Below, piece by piece: positions 61,724 through 64,000 of a stretch of 64,000 nt of DNA (position 1 is the stretch's first letter; each line of letters begins with the position of its first letter). The notes under the pieces are model-generated. The model worked only from the letters and a program-made list of their open reading frames with translations. It was not told where the DNA came from and searched no databases. This stretch comes from Myxococcota bacterium (GTDB lineage Bacteria > Myxococcota > UBA727 > JAHDBA01). The DNA lies in NCBI GenBank assembly GCA_020630615.1, contig JAHDBA010000013.1:4994-68993 (forward strand), read 5' to 3'. A program made the translations under genes and the position numbers.

Positions 61724-61751
61724 TTGACGCATCGTGTCACGGGTTTATACT
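61724..61751 (+). promoter_or_regulatory. candidate sigma70-type promoter for the small stress-protein gene
   Basis: TTGACG (61724..61729), a 16-nt spacer, then TATACT (61746..61751). The strong RBS AAGGGAGG is at 61761..61768, ahead of ATG 61775. Confidence 0.55.
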
Positions 61752-61774
61752 CTTAGTTCAAAGGGAGGTAGACC

Positions 61775-62068
61775 ATGGGACTACTCGATAAAGCAAAAGA
61801 TCTTGCAGAAAATGCAGTAAGCGATGTAACGGATTTCGCCGGCTCTATTGGCGACAAAGCCGAAGGCCTTGTTGATGGAGCAAAAGAAGCACTCGGAGAT
61901 GCTCTGGGTGAAGTCAGCGAGCTCGCGGGTAAGGCATCTGAAAATCTCAAGGCCAAAGCTGGAGACGCGATTGAAGCCGTCAAAGATGGTGCAGATACAA
62001 TTGTTGATAAGGCAACGGATATGGGCGCTAATGCAAAAGAAAGTGTTACAAAAGCATTCGAAGAATAA
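61775..62068 (+). CDS. small acidic repeat protein (CsbD/LEA-like general-stress-type)
   Basis: 97 aa: MGLLDKAKDLAENAVSDVTDFAGSIGDKAEGLVDGAKEALGD.... It is Ala/Lys/Asp/Glu-rich, amphipathic and repeat-like, has a strong RBS, and is followed by a terminator. Confidence 0.55.
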   Translation: MGLLDKAKDLAENAVSDVTDFAGSIGDKAEGLVDGAKEALGDALGEVSELAGKASENLKAKAGDAIEAVKDGADTIVDKATDMGANAKESVTKAFEE

Positions 62069-62095
62069 AAATATTTAAATCACTTGAATATACCG

Positions 62096-62125
62096 AACGC
62101 TCGCATGATGCGAGCGTTTATAGTT
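62096..62125. terminator. hairpin terminator between convergent genes
   Basis: AACGCTCGCAT-g-ATGCGAGCGTT followed by TATAGTTT. Lies between 61775..62068 (+) and 62163..62627 (-). Confidence 0.7.
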
Positions 62126-62162
62126 TGGATTGTTCGTTTAAAGCACGTGCTACGAGGGCCGC

Positions 62163-62627
62163 TTAAAAATCGAAAGTGCCACTTCCAAAGTCTTCACTCA
62201 CAGTCTCACACCAAATACTTATATGCTGCACGTCATCAAGGGTAACTCCATCCGGCATCGGTAGCTCAAGTCGCTCTCCCTCAAAAGATGTTCCCTTTAA
62301 GTTTTCTGAAATATGAATTCCATTTGCAAAGTCGCCTGTAGGTGAAGCGGTTACACGAACATGAATCCCTCCACCGTCGTAATGAAAGTCATTGATTGCA
62401 AGTGTACAATCATCAACGAGCTCAACATTACCGGAGACGTCATGATGCAGCTCTGACAGCATAAACTTTTGCCCGACTCGCGGGTCAGCACTTGAACAAC
62501 CACTTTGGAGCTCTTGCTCATCAAAGACCGAGTCTGTAGAGCATCCCGCAGTCAAAAAAACCAATGCGATGACGTGTAAAAAGATTACTGAGATTGTTTG
62601 ATAGGTGTTCGTAATTTTGCGTTTCAT
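62163..62627 (-). CDS. DM13-domain lipoprotein
   Basis: Starts at ATG 62627. Lipobox LVFLTAGC. The core F.L.ELHHDVSGNVELVDDCTLAINDFHYDGGGIHVRV...LELPMPDGVTLDDVQHISIWCE matches the DM13 pattern (..G.v.i.d...l....F.ydG.gp...f). Confidence 0.75.
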   Translation of the reverse strand: MKRKITNTYQTISVIFLHVIALVFLTAGCSTDSVFDEQELQSGCSSADPRVGQKFMLSELHHDVSGNVELVDDCTLAINDFHYDGGGIHVRVTASPTGDFANGIHISENLKGTSFEGERLELPMPDGVTLDDVQHISIWCETVSEDFGSGTFDF

Positions 62628-62774
62628 ATCCTTAACACGAAATAAAACCCTCAATGGTTACATGAATGTACCGCAAAATCGTATCAACAAATTTAGGAGT
62701 ACACCTTCGAAAATGAGCATTGTTTCGTTCAATAAAACAGGAACACTGGACACAAACTTGAAAACTCGTAGACT

Positions 62775-63398
62775 ATGCGTATGAACAAACTTAACACCTT
62801 TCTACTTTACTTTATTGGCTCGCTAATACTTGTTTTAGGGTGTAGCCCTGATTCAGCATCGGAAGGTGAACCAAGCTCTTCAAGTGAGGACGCCGCGAAC
62901 ACAGACAACACCGAACCTGCACCAGAATGTTCCGCGCAATCAACAGGTGATGAAGAGGGCGAACGGATCCATTCCTTCACTCTAAAAGCATGCGACGGCA
63001 CAGGAGTCAGCATCGATGATTTTTGTGGAACCGGAGCCGTGAATGTTCTTTTATATGCGGGTTGGTGCCCAAACTGTATTAGCAACCTCGAAAATGCGAT
63101 GGCTGCTAGAGATACGACATTTGCGACCGAAGACTATCAAGGAGTCGCAATTATAACAGCGACTGCCAGCGGGGCCTTACCCAATGCAGCCTATTGTGAT
63201 CAAGTAGCCGAAAGTGTCGCAGGAACGGATATTGTAGTTCTATACGACGAGAATGGTGAAATCCCCGATTTGATCGCCAATGGGTCGCAAAACGATACTC
63301 AGTTTGTACTGGATGATGAACTTAACATTCGCTTTAAAGGTCGATTTGCAAATAATAATGAGGTTGATCAAGTGATCGCATCTGTGCTGAACGAATAA
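62775..63398 (+). CDS. thioredoxin-fold lipoprotein (TlpA/redoxin-like, WCPNC active site)
   Basis: Lipobox LILVLGC and an acidic linker. FTLKACDGTGVSIDDFCGTGAVNVLLYAGWCPNC is the typical redoxin beta-alpha-beta with CxxC. Confidence 0.72.
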   Translation: MRMNKLNTFLLYFIGSLILVLGCSPDSASEGEPSSSSEDAANTDNTEPAPECSAQSTGDEEGERIHSFTLKACDGTGVSIDDFCGTGAVNVLLYAGWCPNCISNLENAMAARDTTFATEDYQGVAIITATASGALPNAAYCDQVAESVAGTDIVVLYDENGEIPDLIANGSQNDTQFVLDDELNIRFKGRFANNNEVDQVIASVLNE

Positions 63399-63426
63399 CG
63401 ACGCAGATTCTTGATTGACTTTGATT

Positions 63427-63457
63427 GGGAGCTTTTCTTTGGATGGCTCCTTTTTTT
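63427..63457 (+). terminator. possible rho-independent terminator
   Basis: GGGAGC...GCTCC short stem followed by TTTTTTT, 30 nt after the stop at 63398. Confidence 0.45.
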
Positions 63458-63626
63458 AATTGGCTGAATGATTCCCTCACTTTGGTGCGAACCCAAATAT
63501 TGAACTTACTCACGCAACCCTGCCTATTGTCACACTATTTTCATACTTCTGCCGTGTTTTGCACACATCTACTCAGGGTCATTCCGCGGATATCCCAAAA
63601 ATAGAAACCCTCAATATACTCATTCT

Positions 63627-64000
63627 ATGATTAACTTGAACACCACTTTTATCACTGTTGTGCTTTCATTGACTTTGTTCGTCGCTCTTGGAGCTTGCGG
63701 GTCAGAGATTGACCTTGCACTCGGTTCCACCTCGTCAAATCTAGAGGCGGCAAATCTTGAGTTCGGTTTTGTGCCCACTCAAGCGCAGCTCACGACCTCG
63801 GGTGAAAGTCTATCAAACCAAAGTGACTCTGAAAGTGAAAGTGACATCAATGGCTTCGTAGCACACCCGCCAGATGAGACCTCTGAAGAAGTTGAGCACA
63901 GCGGAGAAGCAGAAGAACACGATAGTGAGTCAACGCCATCCCCTTCAAACACTTCAACCTGCAATGGTTCGGATATCGGAATCAATGTCGGTCAGCGCAT
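63627..64000 (+). CDS. hypothetical lipoprotein (3' end outside the window)
   Basis: From ATG 63627 the frame is open to the window end. MINLNTTFITVVLSLTLFVALGAC lipobox, followed by an acidic S/E/D-rich linker. It is absent from the ORF track because no stop lies inside the window. Confidence 0.5.
   Translation, partial: MINLNTTFITVVLSLTLFVALGACGSEIDLALGSTSSNLEAANLEFGFVPTQAQLTTSGESLSNQSDSESESDINGFVAHPPDETSEEVEHSGEAEEHDSESTPSPSNTSTCNGSDIGINVGQR

Overview
This 64-kb chromosomal window is densely coding on both strands, with roughly 60 CDS and mid-range GC by eye. I recognised no rRNA, tRNA, CRISPR array, transposase or integrase. All calls come from reading the supplied translations and the DNA by eye; no database search was run. 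The ORF track uses alternative start codons, so several starts were re-placed using RBS and signal-peptide logic.

Content falls into two groups. Housekeeping genes: rplU-rpmA, obg-crcB, rph-rdgB, gpmI, an aminopeptidase P, a SMUG1-type uracil-DNA glycosylase, two tandem plsC, PIN-PhoH, a split acyl-CoA carboxylase (CT / BC / BCCP), a DEAD-box helicase, and Ni-SOD sodN-sodX. The second group is an unusually large set of secreted or lipoprotein genes: two cysteine-rich CGNG..E.GE.CDDGN..GDGCS..C repeat proteins, a thrombospondin-type-3-like Ca-binding repeat protein, cell-wall enzymes (two SLT, M23, PBP4-like), and a tandem pair of ~880-aa lipoprotein paralogs. These repeat families, together with Cys-containing C-terminal sorting tags, suggest (inference only) a Myxococcota/Bdellovibrionota-like lineage.

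Most interesting observations:
1. Ribosomal protein L27 is fused to a Lys/Pro/Ala linker and a helix-hairpin-helix domain.
2. Two somatomedin-B modules, each matching the eukaryotic signature as I recall it, sit inside a bacterial secreted protein.
3. The tandem ~880-aa paralogs of unknown function share a conserved upstream element at identical spacing and lack a Shine-Dalgarno sequence.
4. The Ni-SOD neighbourhood contains a small His-rich membrane peptide, a MerC-like protein with a His-rich loop, and a flavoprotein frameshifted in an A9 tract.
5. boxB and boxC are interleaved with peptidoglycan-enzyme genes, and no boxA is in view.
6. A sirtuin gene carries an in-frame TAA, and a relic aldo-keto-reductase 3' end lies nearby.

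I found no convincing known defence, toxin-antitoxin or mobile system. The candidate novel systems above are hypotheses.
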